Assembly: GCA_021613535.1 (NCBI GenBank)
Contig: CP075493.1
Location: 15,004,001 to 15,068,000 of the forward strand
Direction: 5' to 3'
DNA length: 64,000 nt
Source: Adineta vaga
Taxonomy: Eukaryota > Animalia > Rotifera
Part shown: positions 36,362 through 49,879 of the stretch, one piece after another
Layout of the letters: every line of letters begins with the position of its first letter
Position numbering within the stretch: position 1 is the first letter of the stretch
Position numbers and translations under genes: made by a program
The notes under the pieces: generated by a model
What the model was told of the DNA's origin: nothing
The model's database searches: none
The model's input: the letters and a program-made list of their open reading frames with translations, nothing else

Positions 36362-39300
36362 TTATAGAATTAAACAAGTTTCTGACGTAACTGAATGATT
36401 ATTAATAACTTTTAAATTTCCAACACCGGCATTTGCAAATTGAATTCCTTTGATTTGTTTTTGATCATATTCCAATGTTTTTTGATGAATATCATTCAAA
36501 TCCGTGTTAACATCTTGTTCGATGTTTGTAGATATAATATCATCATTATCATCATTACTACAATCATTTTCAATTTCAGTTATATCAATTATTTCCTCCT
36601 TATTTTCAAATATTGAAATAACTTTCGATTGAATTTGTTCATCATTTGTCATATTTGAAATTGAATAATGACCATTTAATTGAGTAACAAAACGAACAAA
36701 ACAAATTGATGTGATACATTCTTGTGTCAGAATATCATTTTTAATTCCATTAACATCTTTTTTCGACTTTGATCCTTCTTCTTCATCATCATCACTTGAA
36801 TCCAAATCAACATTTTTCTCCATATATTCAGCAATTCTTTTGCCTTCTGATTCATTTATAGATTGAATATTTCTATAAAAAATGAAAAAAAACAAAGGAT
36901 TTTAGAAATGAACATATGTTATAGATAATAAACACTTCAAACTAAAATGTCATTGTCTTATTGAATACTTAAAACTAAATAACAAGACGATTTTTTCATC
37001 ATTTTCATTACCTGCTTGGTAATTGTTCTATTCGATTTTGTAAAGTTAAATCATCTGGATCAGCAATCATTAATGTTAATAAACGTCGATCATTCATTGC
37101 TAAAAGAACAAAATCTTCATCAACATTCATAAATGAAACAAAATCATAAACAAATAATTTTGCCATTTGTCGATTATCTTTGATTCGATACATAAATAAT
37201 ATTCGTGGTTTAATTATCACAAATAAATATTTGGATGTTTGATTACAATATAAATGTTCACATTGATCATCAAGTTGAATTGTTTGAAATGAATTATTTG
37301 AATAATTTTCATAGAAATGTATTTGAAGTTTATCATTGAAATATAATGCTAAGAAAGTATTCTTAAAAACAAATCTATCAATTTTATCAAATGATTTCAA
37401 TTGTAAAGCATTTTTTTGTATATTAATTTCACATAATAAAAGTGTTTTATCATTCAAATATAAGAATAAATAGTTTCCTTCTTGTTCACTTGTAATTGAT
37501 TTCAATTGTATCGATGATGAGATATAAGACGATAAATCAATATTCATTGAAATTGTCTTTTCAATTGTATAAATAATCAATGATTTCATATCATCAGAGA
37601 GAATCACAAGACTTTCGTTTTCATTGATTCTACATATTGTACTGAACATCATGGAACATGAAAATTCTAATCGAATTTTATTGATTTGATAAAATTCAAT
37701 TGAATTATTTGAAAGAACTTTTTGACCAAATGAATAAATGAAGGAATTATTTGTTAAAATATAAATATTTCCATTTGTTGTTGAATGAATTTGTGAAGAA
37801 GTGTGAAGATTAAATTGAAAAATTGGCTTTTGATTCAGCAGATGAGATGAATAGATTTGAATCCAATGATGATTTGTAAGAATAAGAACAAACGGAAGGT
37901 CAGAATTGTTTTTATTTGATAAAATAACAAATTGTTCAATAATAATATTCTTATCAAATAAATGTGTTGATTCAATGGATGATGAATGTTGATAGGACCA
38001 TGTTGTTAATTCACTGAAATGAGTAGACAAATGAAAATAATTTATTTTGTTAGAAAAAGAAACTTACCGTTTTGAATGATCAAGTGTAAATGCTTTATTT
38101 CCATATAATTGAATCGTTTCAATCTTTTGATTTGTACGTGGAAAAGAAGGCATCTCTTGAAATGATTTTCGTGCTGTTTTTGCATAGTACGCATGAATAG
38201 CACCATTTTCCATTGAACAGAGGAACATTAATGCTATGAAAACAAAACAAAATCAAATTAATTCATAGATAAATGTTATTTATATATATATATAAATATG
38301 AAAATTACCATTTGTTGATGCAGATTTTATTGCTGTAATTGATGAAGAACTAATATCAATTGATACATATAATCCATATTGATGATCCATTTGATCGTTT
38401 GAAACACATTTCCATTGATAGAGATCAACAATACCTCCACGAGATGTATAAATCATATGACGACTTGCAATATGTGATGATATGATGTCAAATTGACCAG
38501 GAATTCGTACATATGAAATATGGGAATGATTACATTTATGAATAATATAAATTGAATCATTTGTTTCAATTATAAAAAATAGAATACTCTCTGTTGTACC
38601 AGATTTATTATCCATTATTTCTTTATCTGGTAAAATAATTCGTTTGAATGGTTTTGATTCAATTGGAGGATTAAAACAAATCAATGTTTTGATTATTTCA
38701 TCATCAGATAAGATCTTTTCATCTTGATGAAATTGTTTCAATGAAATAATTGATAAATCAATTGAAATTGTTTCATCAAATGTACAAATTAAAATTCCAT
38801 CATTATGAGTAACTAAATGAAGATGATTTCCACCATGAATTGTTCCACGATGAACAAAAGATTCGATTTTCCAATCAATGATTGAATGAATATGAATTGT
38901 TCCATCATTTAAAACAGTCACAATCATTGAATACATCGGAACACATAAAACTTGTTTAATGACAGAATTTGGAAAATGAACCTTTGTAAATAAACGATTT
39001 TGAACGAGATTCCAACAATCAATTGTATTTCCATTGATTTCTGCAATGATACAAAGAGATCGTTTTTTATCAAGAATTTCAACAATTAAAAAACCAAGTT
39101 GAGATGAACGTTGAAATTTAATTGTTTCATGAGCTGAGATGAAATAGATATGATGAAGAGAATTAACAAGAAATAAATAACTTTTATATTGAGCTTCTTC
39201 ATTATTTGTCGATGAATGTTCAAAGATTTCATTGTTTTGATCTAAATAATAAGTTTTTGTCAATGTTGTTGCATTGGAATAAGATTCATCGATGATTGGT

Positions 39301-42300
39301 AATTTAATATCTAAAACAGTTTCAATTGATTGCATATTAAGGACAACAATTCGATTGGAAAGAGTAATCGCATTGATTTGATCATCGGTAAAATCAAAAT
39401 CCACAATTGATGATGTATGACGAACTGTTGAAAAAAGAAGTCCAGTGCCCGGAGGCTGAATTTGACAATAAGGAACAATCAATGAAGAGTGATGAATACT
39501 TTCTTTATCAAATTGTTTGATTAATGATGTTAGCTGGGGTTTAATACCATATAAGCCTAAAAGACGTGATGAATATTCAAATGGAAAATTTTCTGGATAT
39601 TGTTGAAGTTGTGCACCAATAATTAAAAACAGGGATGAAAATACATCGAGTTCTTTCTTCATTTCTAATACATCCGTAGGCATTTTATATGATGATGATT
39701 GTTTAAATTTTTGTAAATCATTTAATATATCAATAAATGTTGAACATCGTAATCGACCACCTAAAAATGATATTTATGAAATGAAATTAGATTTAAAAAA
39801 GTAATTTTTACGCATGAATGAATAATTGAAAAAGATTTCTTCACAAGCAATCGGAATTGCTAAACTACTTGTCAATTGAGCTACAAACAATGGTAATTCA
39901 TTTAATTTTCTTTTATTAAATTGAATTTGACCATTGACATCAACAAATTCAATTGGTTGTGAAGTTGTGAAACGATTTGCTTGAATTTCTCCACATGTTT
40001 CATTTAAATTATATTTACTAACTAAATGTTGATTATCAATTTGCATCGGTTTGTTTTTATTCTTCCATGTTTCTTTATATAAATCGATCACATTTTGAAA
40101 AACATGTTTTCGTTCCTCCGAATTCATTTTTGATATGTATTGAGAATTGGCGACTTCAATAAATCGACGATGGTACCTATTGAAAAACGTTAAAACTGAA
40201 CTATCTTTTCTAAAAGTTTAGGAATCTGACTCGCTTGAGGGTATCCCCGCCCTCGCACACCTAGATGAAAAATTCTTACCAATAAATAACTGATAAATCA
40301 TCAACTTCTTTTTCTGTTATATATTCATCTAAATCATTTCGAATTCTTGTCCATAATATACCAGGTATACGTCGAATAGGTGGAATATAATGTTGAAAAA
40401 CACTTTTCAAAACATCATCATCCAATGAAAGAACATCTTCAAGTTCATTTTGACTAATTCCATTTCTACAAGATGTCATATAACAAATTGCACGACGAAA
40501 TAATAATTCATTATGTATTTTACTTAAATATCGAAAGAGATAACGAATACAATCATCAACATTTTTTAATTTCTTTAATTCATAATCAATTGGATCATAT
40601 GAATGCCATGTCGAAATAATATCAAAGATAAGTTTCATATACAATGGTAAAATATTTGTAGTTGTACTCATCAATTCACGAATAAATATTCGTTGTTCAT
40701 CAGTTAATGAACGTTTCTTCATTTGAAGCCAATTATTATAAACAGTATCGACTGTTGTGGCATCGAATGGTGGAACTAAAACAAGAATATGTTCTGTTTC
40801 ATTGGGTAAAATTGGATTATAATTGATAAGAATTTTAAGATTTGATAAAATATTTCCATGATCAGGTAATGTTGAAACAATACATTTGACATTCGTTGGA
40901 AATCTTGTTGATAACCAATGACAATCATAAGAATCAGTTTCAAGTTGATCAATTGAATCAAGTAGAATGAGAAGGTATTCATTCGAAGGAATATTTGGTA
41001 ATAAAACAGTTTCTAATTGATGTCGTAATTGTGAAATATCAGGATAATGTTGCATTGTTAAATGATATAATTGACAAATATGTTCAGAGATTGATAAGAA
41101 TGTTTTATAGATTGTTGACGATGTACGTGTTGTTCTATTGGTTTCAAAAAATGAAAAAAGTTTGACCTATTTATAGAAAGAGATTGACATACCCAAGAAA
41201 ACGTAAAATAACCGATACAGATCGATCAGACCACCAGTTAAATGCCTATTCAGATTATTTAAATACAAATTGAATTAAAAGAAAAATGAAAGATTACTTC
41301 AATTGCTGTTTTAGCAAGAACACTTGTTTTTCCACAACCCGATGCACCATAAACAATACATGGTCGATGTTCTTCATCATTTTTTACATAATTTTCTAAC
41401 TAAAAATAAAGTTTTTCGTTTATAAAACTTCTTCAAAATAGATTTTACTTTATCTAAAATATCTGTTCGACTATGAAATTTCTTCACATAAGTTTTACAT
41501 TGAATTGCATGTTCTAAAATTTCACGTTGTAAAACATTTAGATTGTTAACTAAAGAAGTTTGAAGACAATGATCAATTTGTTGTTGAATTGAATTATAAA
41601 AATCTTCATTAAATTTGTTAATATAATCAGAATGATCAGTTCGATTGATTCCATTGGATGTCCAAGGTACTTTATAGGAATAGATTTGATTTGATTCTAA
41701 TGAATTTGGAATTCGTATGAATTTTAAACGATTTAGTAAAGATTCAGCTTCATTATCAATCAGCACTTTCCCATCATTTGTTGAAGTTAAATCAATAAAT
41801 TTTGATGCTTTTTTATCAGTTAAATGATCATAAATATCTTCAATTTCACGAAAGAAACATAATGTTCGTTGATTTGCATTGGGTGATGATACAATTCCTT
41901 TGAGAATTTCTTTTTCAGTAACTATAACACAAAAAACAAAAATTGACTTAGATATCGTGACTCATTAGTGAAGAGAAAATGTTCTTGTGAATGTAACTAA
42001 GCAACTAAATGTCATGCAAATAACTCTGATAAAAGAAAGAAAGAAAAAAAAGAAACCTGAAATGAAAAAATCATCATATTCATCTGAAGTAATTTGACTT
42101 TGTTCAAAACATTTTTGTGCTGCTTGTCTTAAACATATTCGAATACGATCATTGATTTCATTCCATTGTTTTCTTGCTCCTTTCATTTCAATTGTATTCT
42201 AAAATGAAACGAAAAATATGTTTAAAACAAATCAAAATTCTTTTTCTTCGCACATCTGATTTGATATTTGGTAATAATGATGAAATTGAACGAAGAATAT

Positions 42301-42878
42301 AAGAAAATGGTACTGAATTTGTATCTAATTGATACCATTGTGAAAGTAATTGAAGATCTTCTGTTGAATTTGGATCTAATTCAACTATTTTCTTCAAACG
42401 TTCAAATAAAGTTGATTCAATTTTCGCTGGTGTTGGCCGTGAACCATAACGATGACTTAATAGAACCACAAAATTTGTTGCAACAGAATATTTTTGACAT
42501 AGTTCAATTTCTTTCAAACAAGTTTCCACTTCACTATGATTATCAGCAGCTTCATTTTCAATTCCCCATCGCATATCTGAATACTTAAAGTAGAAAAAAA
42601 GAATTCAGGAAGAGAAGTGTGATTTTCTTGTACGAACTTGAAATTCGAGACCATATTTTTCACGACAATAATCTTTGAGTTTAGGAAAAACATTCTCAAT
42701 CAATGAATCTCTTTCACAGAGTGTATCTAAAAGAATCTTTATTTGATCTCAAACGAGAAGAGTGATATTCTCTACCTGAAAATGTTGAACTAATAAATAC
42801 TCGGATAATTTTGGATCGAACATCGGGAAGATCTTCACATCGTCCACGTAATAAATCGGTTTCGTTTAAGAATTCCAT
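36362..42878 (-). CDS. NWD1/NWD2-like protein: DUF4062 (TIR-like) + NACHT NTPase + degenerate WD/beta-propeller region (multi-exon)
   Basis: IIRVFISSTFS|DT..ERD, DMRWG, LLSHRYGSRP, Walker A GASGCGKT, Walker B LILLDSIDQL, GISQNELEDVLSLDDDVL, IPPIRRIPGILWTRIRNDL, YW|YHRRF, FNKRKLNELP. About a dozen short introns; ends TSETCLIL*. Confidence 0.9.
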
Positions 42879-43450
42879 CGTTACTCCAAAGAGAAAGAGA
42901 ATAAATGTTTGTCAAACTTAAAATGACAACATTTTTCTTGCGTTCTCTTTAGAGAAACCTCAATTCAAACAAAAAAAGAATAATATAGAAACGTAAGATG
43001 TCGATGCATATAGAAGTCGAGAATTTTTTAGTTGAATTCGTAATAAAATAAATCTCTTTATTGAAGGTATGAGTAAATACGAGATACCTCACACCCTCTC
43101 GATAACAGGAGTACGATTCTTCATATTCTGATTAAGTGAGCCATTATACACAAGCATAATAAGTAGGACTGATTTAACAGATTCGATCTATTCCATGGAA
43201 AATTCGGACCGAAATTTTCGATAAATACAATAATTAAAAACATGTTTATTTGACCTTAGTATTATAATTTTCAATATTTTTACATTATATCATTCATAGA
43301 GCACAGAACGAAAAGAAAAAAGAACGTTGGTAAACATAGAGATGATTTATAATTTATATTTTGATGTTATCAATAAGCATTTTTTTTCTTTCGAAGGGCA
43401 AAAGAGAAAATGTTATATCTCATTAGTGTATACTGAGTGAAAGTAACAAA

Positions 43451-43838
43451 ATGAGCAACAAAGCAGCTATTTTTTGTTTTGTTTTTGGTATAATGGTATT
43501 TGCAATAACCTGTGAAGGCTTCTATCTCGATAATAATGATTCGGATGAGACTTATCGTTTGGAATCATTATTGAGAAAAAGATTTCAAAAACGTGAAGGT
43601 TGTGATGATGATCGTCTTAATGTTGGTGAAAAGTGTGGCACGCATTATGAATGTTGCAGTAGTTATTGTGCCGGTGGTACTTGCAAACCGTGTGGTGATG
43701 TTACTAATTGTCTATACTGTAATCGTGGTGATGTTCTTGGTCCTAAGTGTCCTGTTGTAGGCAGTAAGTATATATTTTGTCACTATGTTGAAAGATTAGA
43801 CATGAAAAATTTTCTTCTTCTTTTCAGACAAAAACTGA
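43451..43838 (+). CDS. Secreted Cys-rich prepropeptide (knottin/toxin-like)
   Basis: Signal peptide, acidic pro-region, RKRFQKR convertase sites and a 10-Cys mature region. Intron 43764-43827, then NKN*. Confidence 0.8.
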
Positions 43839-44220
43839 CATATTGAAAACATTGGCATAAATTGAACGTTTTTCTATACAATTCTTTAGTATCTCAAGTT
43901 TTTTTTTTGTATTTCTTTTCTTCATCTATAAGTAAATAAATCAATATACACGTTACAATTAAGTATACATTTACACAGTGAAAATTGGATCACAGATGAA
44001 ACTTCATGGCAGATAAAGCATAGACAAATAATGAGAAATCTGTAGTTTTTTTTATTCTTTCAGTTCTGTTTGTAAAGCAAAGGAAACAAAGTAACCAGCT
44101 GTTTCGTGTACATTGCCATTCTTCCTTCACACTTCCACATCACATGACTCATTTTCTCACCGAGAGTGGGTATTTTACATTATTGCTTTTTTAAATTCTA
44201 AGTATAGTAAAGTCATTTCA

Positions 44221-45771
44221 ATGGCAAATAGAAACATATCGGACGACTTTTTACGATGTCCAATAACATTCGAATTATTTCGCGAGCCAGTCTTAGCACC
44301 AGATGGTCATACCTATGAAAAAAATGCAATCGAACAATGGATTAGAGATAAGGGTAATAGTCCAATGACACGACAATCAATTTCAATACAAGATTTAATT
44401 CCAAATCGTGCCATCCAAGATGCTGTTAATAATTTTGAGACATTATTACGTCAAAAAGAATTTCAGTTTACATTGCACGTTGATATACGAAAAAAGGGAA
44501 AACGACCTCTCTTTCAAGCACCTGGTAAAACTATCTATACAGCTGAATGGTTAACAACTAATAATCAACAACCAGAAATAGTCCTATTGAAAATAGACGG
44601 CGCTCGAGCAAGAAAAGAAGCATCATTCTATGTAAATTTAAGTCGTCATCCACATATTATTCGAACATTTGGTTTTGTCTATGATCCAAATATTCCTGAT
44701 CAAGACAATACAGTTATACTTTTACAAGAATATGCACCTGAAGGAAGTTTGTACGATTTGTTACAAGATCGAATGGGAGTTCCGGATGAAAAAATACTTA
44801 TTCATCTATTTTTACAGATTATTGAAGGAATGATTTGTTTAGTATCGAATCATGTCATTCATGGTGATTTAGCATGTCGTAATGTTTTGATATTTCGTTT
44901 TGATGAAAATCAACCAGAGAGAAATGTTGTGAAAATTACTGATTTTGGTCTGAGTCGACATAATCAACTATATTCAAGAGCACCAGGTGCAGCAAGAACA
45001 ACGCTAGATATCTGTCCTGTTCGTTATGTAGCACCAGAAATACTTGCATCGTTCAAAACATCAGTAAATTATACAGAAAAATCAGATGTTTATTCAATGG
45101 GTGTATTAATGTGGGAAGCATATTCTCGAGGTACAATACCATGGTCAAATGTTGAACGTGATGAAGATGTCGCTGAACGGATACGAAATGGAGAATTATT
45201 ATCTCAACCATCCAACTGTAGTCAACCGTACTGGTCAATCATAAAAAGAACATGGTCTATATTACCAGAAGATCGTCCAACATTCAATGAATTGAAACAT
45301 CTTCTCTCCGAACAATACTATCGTTCAGGTAATATTCCTTTCATTTATCCCAAATTATTCTAATTTAATACAGTACAATTATTAGAAGGTAATTCATCAC
45401 AGAATGTAAATAGACTAAATTCTACGAAGACTACATATGATGCTACTGCAAGACAAAGACAGATAGTCCAACGACAACATCAGGAAGAACAAGACAGACG
45501 AATAGCACAGCGATATCAGGACGAAGAACGACTTAGAACGACTACATCAATGGGTAAAATTAATTGTGGTGGTAGTGTTTGTTCCAAATGTGGCAAATGT
45601 CGTGATTGGTATCTCAATGGTAGAATTCCTCGAAAGCGTAGAAACGGATCTTGTACTGCTTATAAAATTGATATTCTAACTGCTTTTCAAACTTTTGCTT
45701 CTGGAATTACTACAGATATGCGTCCTTTAGAAGAAAATCACATGTGTCAATGCATCGATAATAGAAACTGA
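44221..45771 (+). CDS. U-box + tyrosine-kinase-like kinase + C-terminal Cys/His (putative Zn-binding) domain
   Basis: CPITFELFREPVLAPDGHTYEKNAIEQWI..SPMTRQ (U-box); HGDLACRNVL, DFGLS, PVRYVAPE and SDVYSMGV. Intron 45329-~45385 leads in frame to CGGSVCSKCGKCRDWY..HMCQC. Confidence 0.9.
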
Positions 45772-46383
45772 GTTTTTAGTGACAATTCTTTTGTTTATTT
45801 TATCTGATATTATGCAACGAGAAGAGGGTCGGGTGTAGGCCGATAGAGACACTGTCTTACGCTCACACCTTTAAGATGGTAGTAGTCAACTTTGCTTGGA
45901 CAATTTTGATTGGACGATCTTTTATGTTGAATTGTTTTTTTTCTCACAAATCTCGAGGATGGGTGAGGGTGCGGGTGGATAAAGACACTGACTTGTACCT
46001 TCACCCACCCATCCTCACTATTTCAAACTATGTCTCATTTGATAAACTTTATTTAATTTTGTCCTTCTCTAAAAAACACTCTAATATAACATGGTCGTTA
46101 TCTGCGTTCTTTCTTTTTTTCTTTTCTTTGTTATACAATTGCAGCTATCATCGTTCTTCTCGGCAATTTAGTCCGCCATTCTCATTCTCAAGTGCACCGA
46201 TTTTTATTTCGATTATCCGTGCAAATGTTTGGAGCACTTGTTTTGTGTCCAAGATAAGAAATGACGTCGACAAACATAAAATTCTTTCTTCGAAAAGTAT
46301 AGTAAAAATCAAGAACGTTTCATTTAAATAGACTGTAGCGGAGAAGAACATTATGATTTTTCTTGAGCTTTTACTCTACGAAG

Positions 46384-49204
46384 ATGAGCAAGCAACCAAC
46401 CAGTGAATTCTACCGGGCATGCCGCGATGGCGATACTGATACTGTGGAAAAGATGTTACCCATCTTAACCAAAGAAGACATCGAACGTGTCGAACCCAAT
46501 GGAAGTACTGCTCTTCATGCTGCAACGCACTATGGTCATAAAAAAATCGTTAAACTTTTGCTTGCTAGATCGCCTGACACTAGCATTCGCAATACATATG
46601 GTAACACAGCAGAAGACGAAGCCTCTGGTTCAGAAATTAGAACTCTATTTGTAAGTTTTCGTATAGTGTAGCCAGCCATGAAGAAACTCGAATATCTTGA
46701 TTCTTCTCGAACATTTTAGAAGCAAAGCTCATCGCACGCATCAACGATATACAATAAGGATGAGTCATGTACTCAAGGATCAAAAGTCTTTGTATTCAAA
46801 AACGGTTACTGTTTAATTGTCAAAAGAATTGAACTTCCGCCAAACCGAGCTGAAACGTCATTAGAGATTAATGATCTACCTACAAATCCGGTCCACGGCA
46901 CATTTTCGATACAAACGTCAGCCAATGGTAAGTTTTCCCTAGTCTATAGCATGATAGCCCACAGATACTGTAAGCAGCCGTGTTTAGAGCAGAGAAGGCC
47001 ATGGTGAATGCTCGCTAAATTTGAAATGCATCTAGTGCTACACAAAGAAATGCTCGAATCGGTATACGAGATATGTTACAAAAATCGTCGAAGGGTTTAA
47101 GAATGACTTTTTCTTCCGAGTTTGTCTTATAATACCTTTACAACTTGATACAATGCTTCTCGTTATCATGTATTAATTGTCCTTACGAATTTCTCATAGC
47201 CACGAAAACTAGTTTAAGTATGTTCTATGTCATGCATGATTTATTTATTAGTGACTGTGTCGTCTATCCGAATTAAAAATACGCATCGAGAAATGATAAA
47301 AACATGTATGAACACTGAGGAATTGATCAAGGCAAATTGGAACCAAGAAAATATCGAAATACTAGTAGAAGGCTTACAGTCGAGTCCTTTGTGGATAAAG
47401 GGAAAAATTCAATCAAGTTCAGTTGATCAGAACGAAAACGACTGTGAAGACAAGGAAAAGGAGACACCGATAATGGTCGTCATTAAGAAAACCGACAATA
47501 GAACCATTGCAATTCCACTGAAATCTATTATATCAATTCAAGGCGAGAATCTTGAAACAACATTGACACAAGAACCTGCTAAAAAGAGCTTGAGAATCTT
47601 TTACAAAAATGGATCGGATTCAAATGGTTGGGCTGTCATGAGGTACCTTACATTTGGAATTGCATGGGTGCCATCATACGAGTAAATACAATGATATGTA
47701 TTTCTTGATCTGTTCATTTTTTTTTTCTTACTAGTATAATTCTAATGAAATCCAAGAAATCCAACACGAAAATGCTGCGCCTGTCAATGAAATGTGTTTT
47801 AATGAATGATATTGAAGATCTCCAGGCGGCCAGTTTGGTTTGTATTGTCGGTCATCCAAATTTATCCAAATATATCAATGTTACTGATGCCGTATTCAGT
47901 GACAAGTCAGCAAAAGATTTCCTCAAAGAAATGGCCCAATGTGAACACTCATCATCATCAAGATCGTCGTCGTTGTGGTTACCAACCCAAAACTGCGCTG
48001 GTACTCGATTTTATCAATCTACGAATGATTCGAAATCTGATGACACGTCATTCGACGAAGAGAATAAGGACGTAGAAGATAAGGACAACGAAAGTAATGG
48101 GAGCGATGATCTTTATTTATACGAATTCCATAATATTTTACTTGATCGAAAGGAGAAAATCCTCTTATCGGTATTCAATATTGAAACGCCATACAAGGAT
48201 TTGTATCAATGCAAAATTGATCAAACTCAGAGGTCTCCCAACGACTTCAAGTCAGTAGATGGTTCTGGTGAATCAATGGTAGATGTTGAGGTATGACTTT
48301 TTTTCAAAAACCCTTCCCGCTTTATTCATGAACTGAGAGTCTGTTAGAAAAAAAACAGTTGAAATCGTAGCCGTTCTTTTCATTCTATTCGTCAGAGAAA
48401 ATGACCAATGATTGACCTCCGTCTTTAGCTTATGTTTTTTTGATCTGCGAGAAAAAGTCTAGGTTTTTATATCAATGAGATTTTCGTATACACGCTCTGT
48501 TTCCAGTACGAAATTGATCTAGACATAAATTCATTTGAACGAATAATGTTTCGCACGGTACCCGAAGAAAAAAAAACATCTGAACGAAAAAGAGGACACA
48601 TTCATTCTAGGAAAATTCTATTATTTTTATGAATTTTCGAAAAAGGATCGAAACCATAATTTTACGCAGCCTACATTAAAGCGAAAATGAAGATAATTTT
48701 TTCTATGCACTTTTCACTCATTTGCAGGTCTGGCATGCGATTGAATTTGACAATAAATCCAAACATACTTTAACCACAGCACCTGTAATGGTTACGCAAG
48801 ACGATCAACAGTTTATTTGTCAAGATAGTTTACCTTTCACTATGAAGAATCAGTCGGCTCTTATTGCTTTAACGAAGGCACCCAGTATTAGAGTAAAGTA
48901 CGAAGAAAAAGGCTCAGATAGTCAGTTAACGAATCCGTCTACCGTGGTTATTGTCAAGAAAAAGTACGTTAAAGAAGAATGGAACGGTAGCCTGACAGTA
49001 ATCAACACAAAGAATGAGCCGGTGATCGTAGTTATTAGACTTCGAGTGTGTGGTCAGATGTCCAAATATTCGCTGGCACCCAAGTTTGATAATGTTCGAG
49101 ATGGACAGTTTGCAAGAAACAAAATACACGACATTAGATGGGATGTTTCACTCGAACCACAGCAACAACAAATTATAAGCTACTGCAGAAATGTTCTTAA
49201 ATAA
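46384..49204 (+). CDS. Ankyrin-repeat protein fused to a DUF4140/DUF4139-like region (5 exons)
   Basis: Exons 46384-46650, 46720-~46927, 47252-~47681, 47735-48290 and 48728-49204 splice in frame. Motifs VFVFKNGY, VHGTF, YLTFGIAWVPSY, VWHAIEFDNKSKHTLTTAPV and IRWDVSLEP. Confidence 0.75.
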
Positions 49205-49879
49205 AAACTTGATTCTTTCCAATTTCAATAGTTCTATTTTTGCCAGGTATGAGTTTCTCTGTTATATTTAGACCTACACCCATACGCTCAAGATGGTTCT
49301 TCGGTCACTCACGGTCAACCGTGCGCACGTTTACCGTTATTACATCATTCATTAATAATTCGTTTTTGAAAGGAATGATTGAAATTTGTTCCAGTGTCTT
49401 GTAAAAACTTATTGAGCTTTTGCCGATACAACTGGAGAAAAGAAGCTAAAGGGTTGGAACTATTTCCTGGGGTGTTACTGATAAGATAGGTTACATTATA
49501 ACTCAAAAAAAGACTTACTGCATAAAAATAGTGTAACATTCTTTTTTGAAAACTATAACACTAGATTCGGATTCCTCGACCTCGATTAACTTTTGTCCAA
49601 TGATTATCTGAAGAGGGTGTGTATATATTCTGCTAACTTCAAATCATACCCACACCCATCTTTATTTAGTTCCCAAAATTGATCATTGAAGAAACAAGAG
49701 TTCTTGTCTATTAATACTGTTTAAAATTGATGATGTGACACAATTTTTTGCTTTAAATATGACGTTATGTTGTTGCTTTTCAAATTTGAAAATATGGATG
49801 AGGGTGAAGATGAAGAGAAATGAATGACCCATCATTCCCTTTCTCTCAATCTACACACACACAAACATTGACATAGATT

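Noticed and set aside
45810-46351. ORFs 45810-46004, 45876-46331 and 46148-46351
   Set aside because: Low-complexity, F/S-rich translations of intergenic repeat and promoter sequence.
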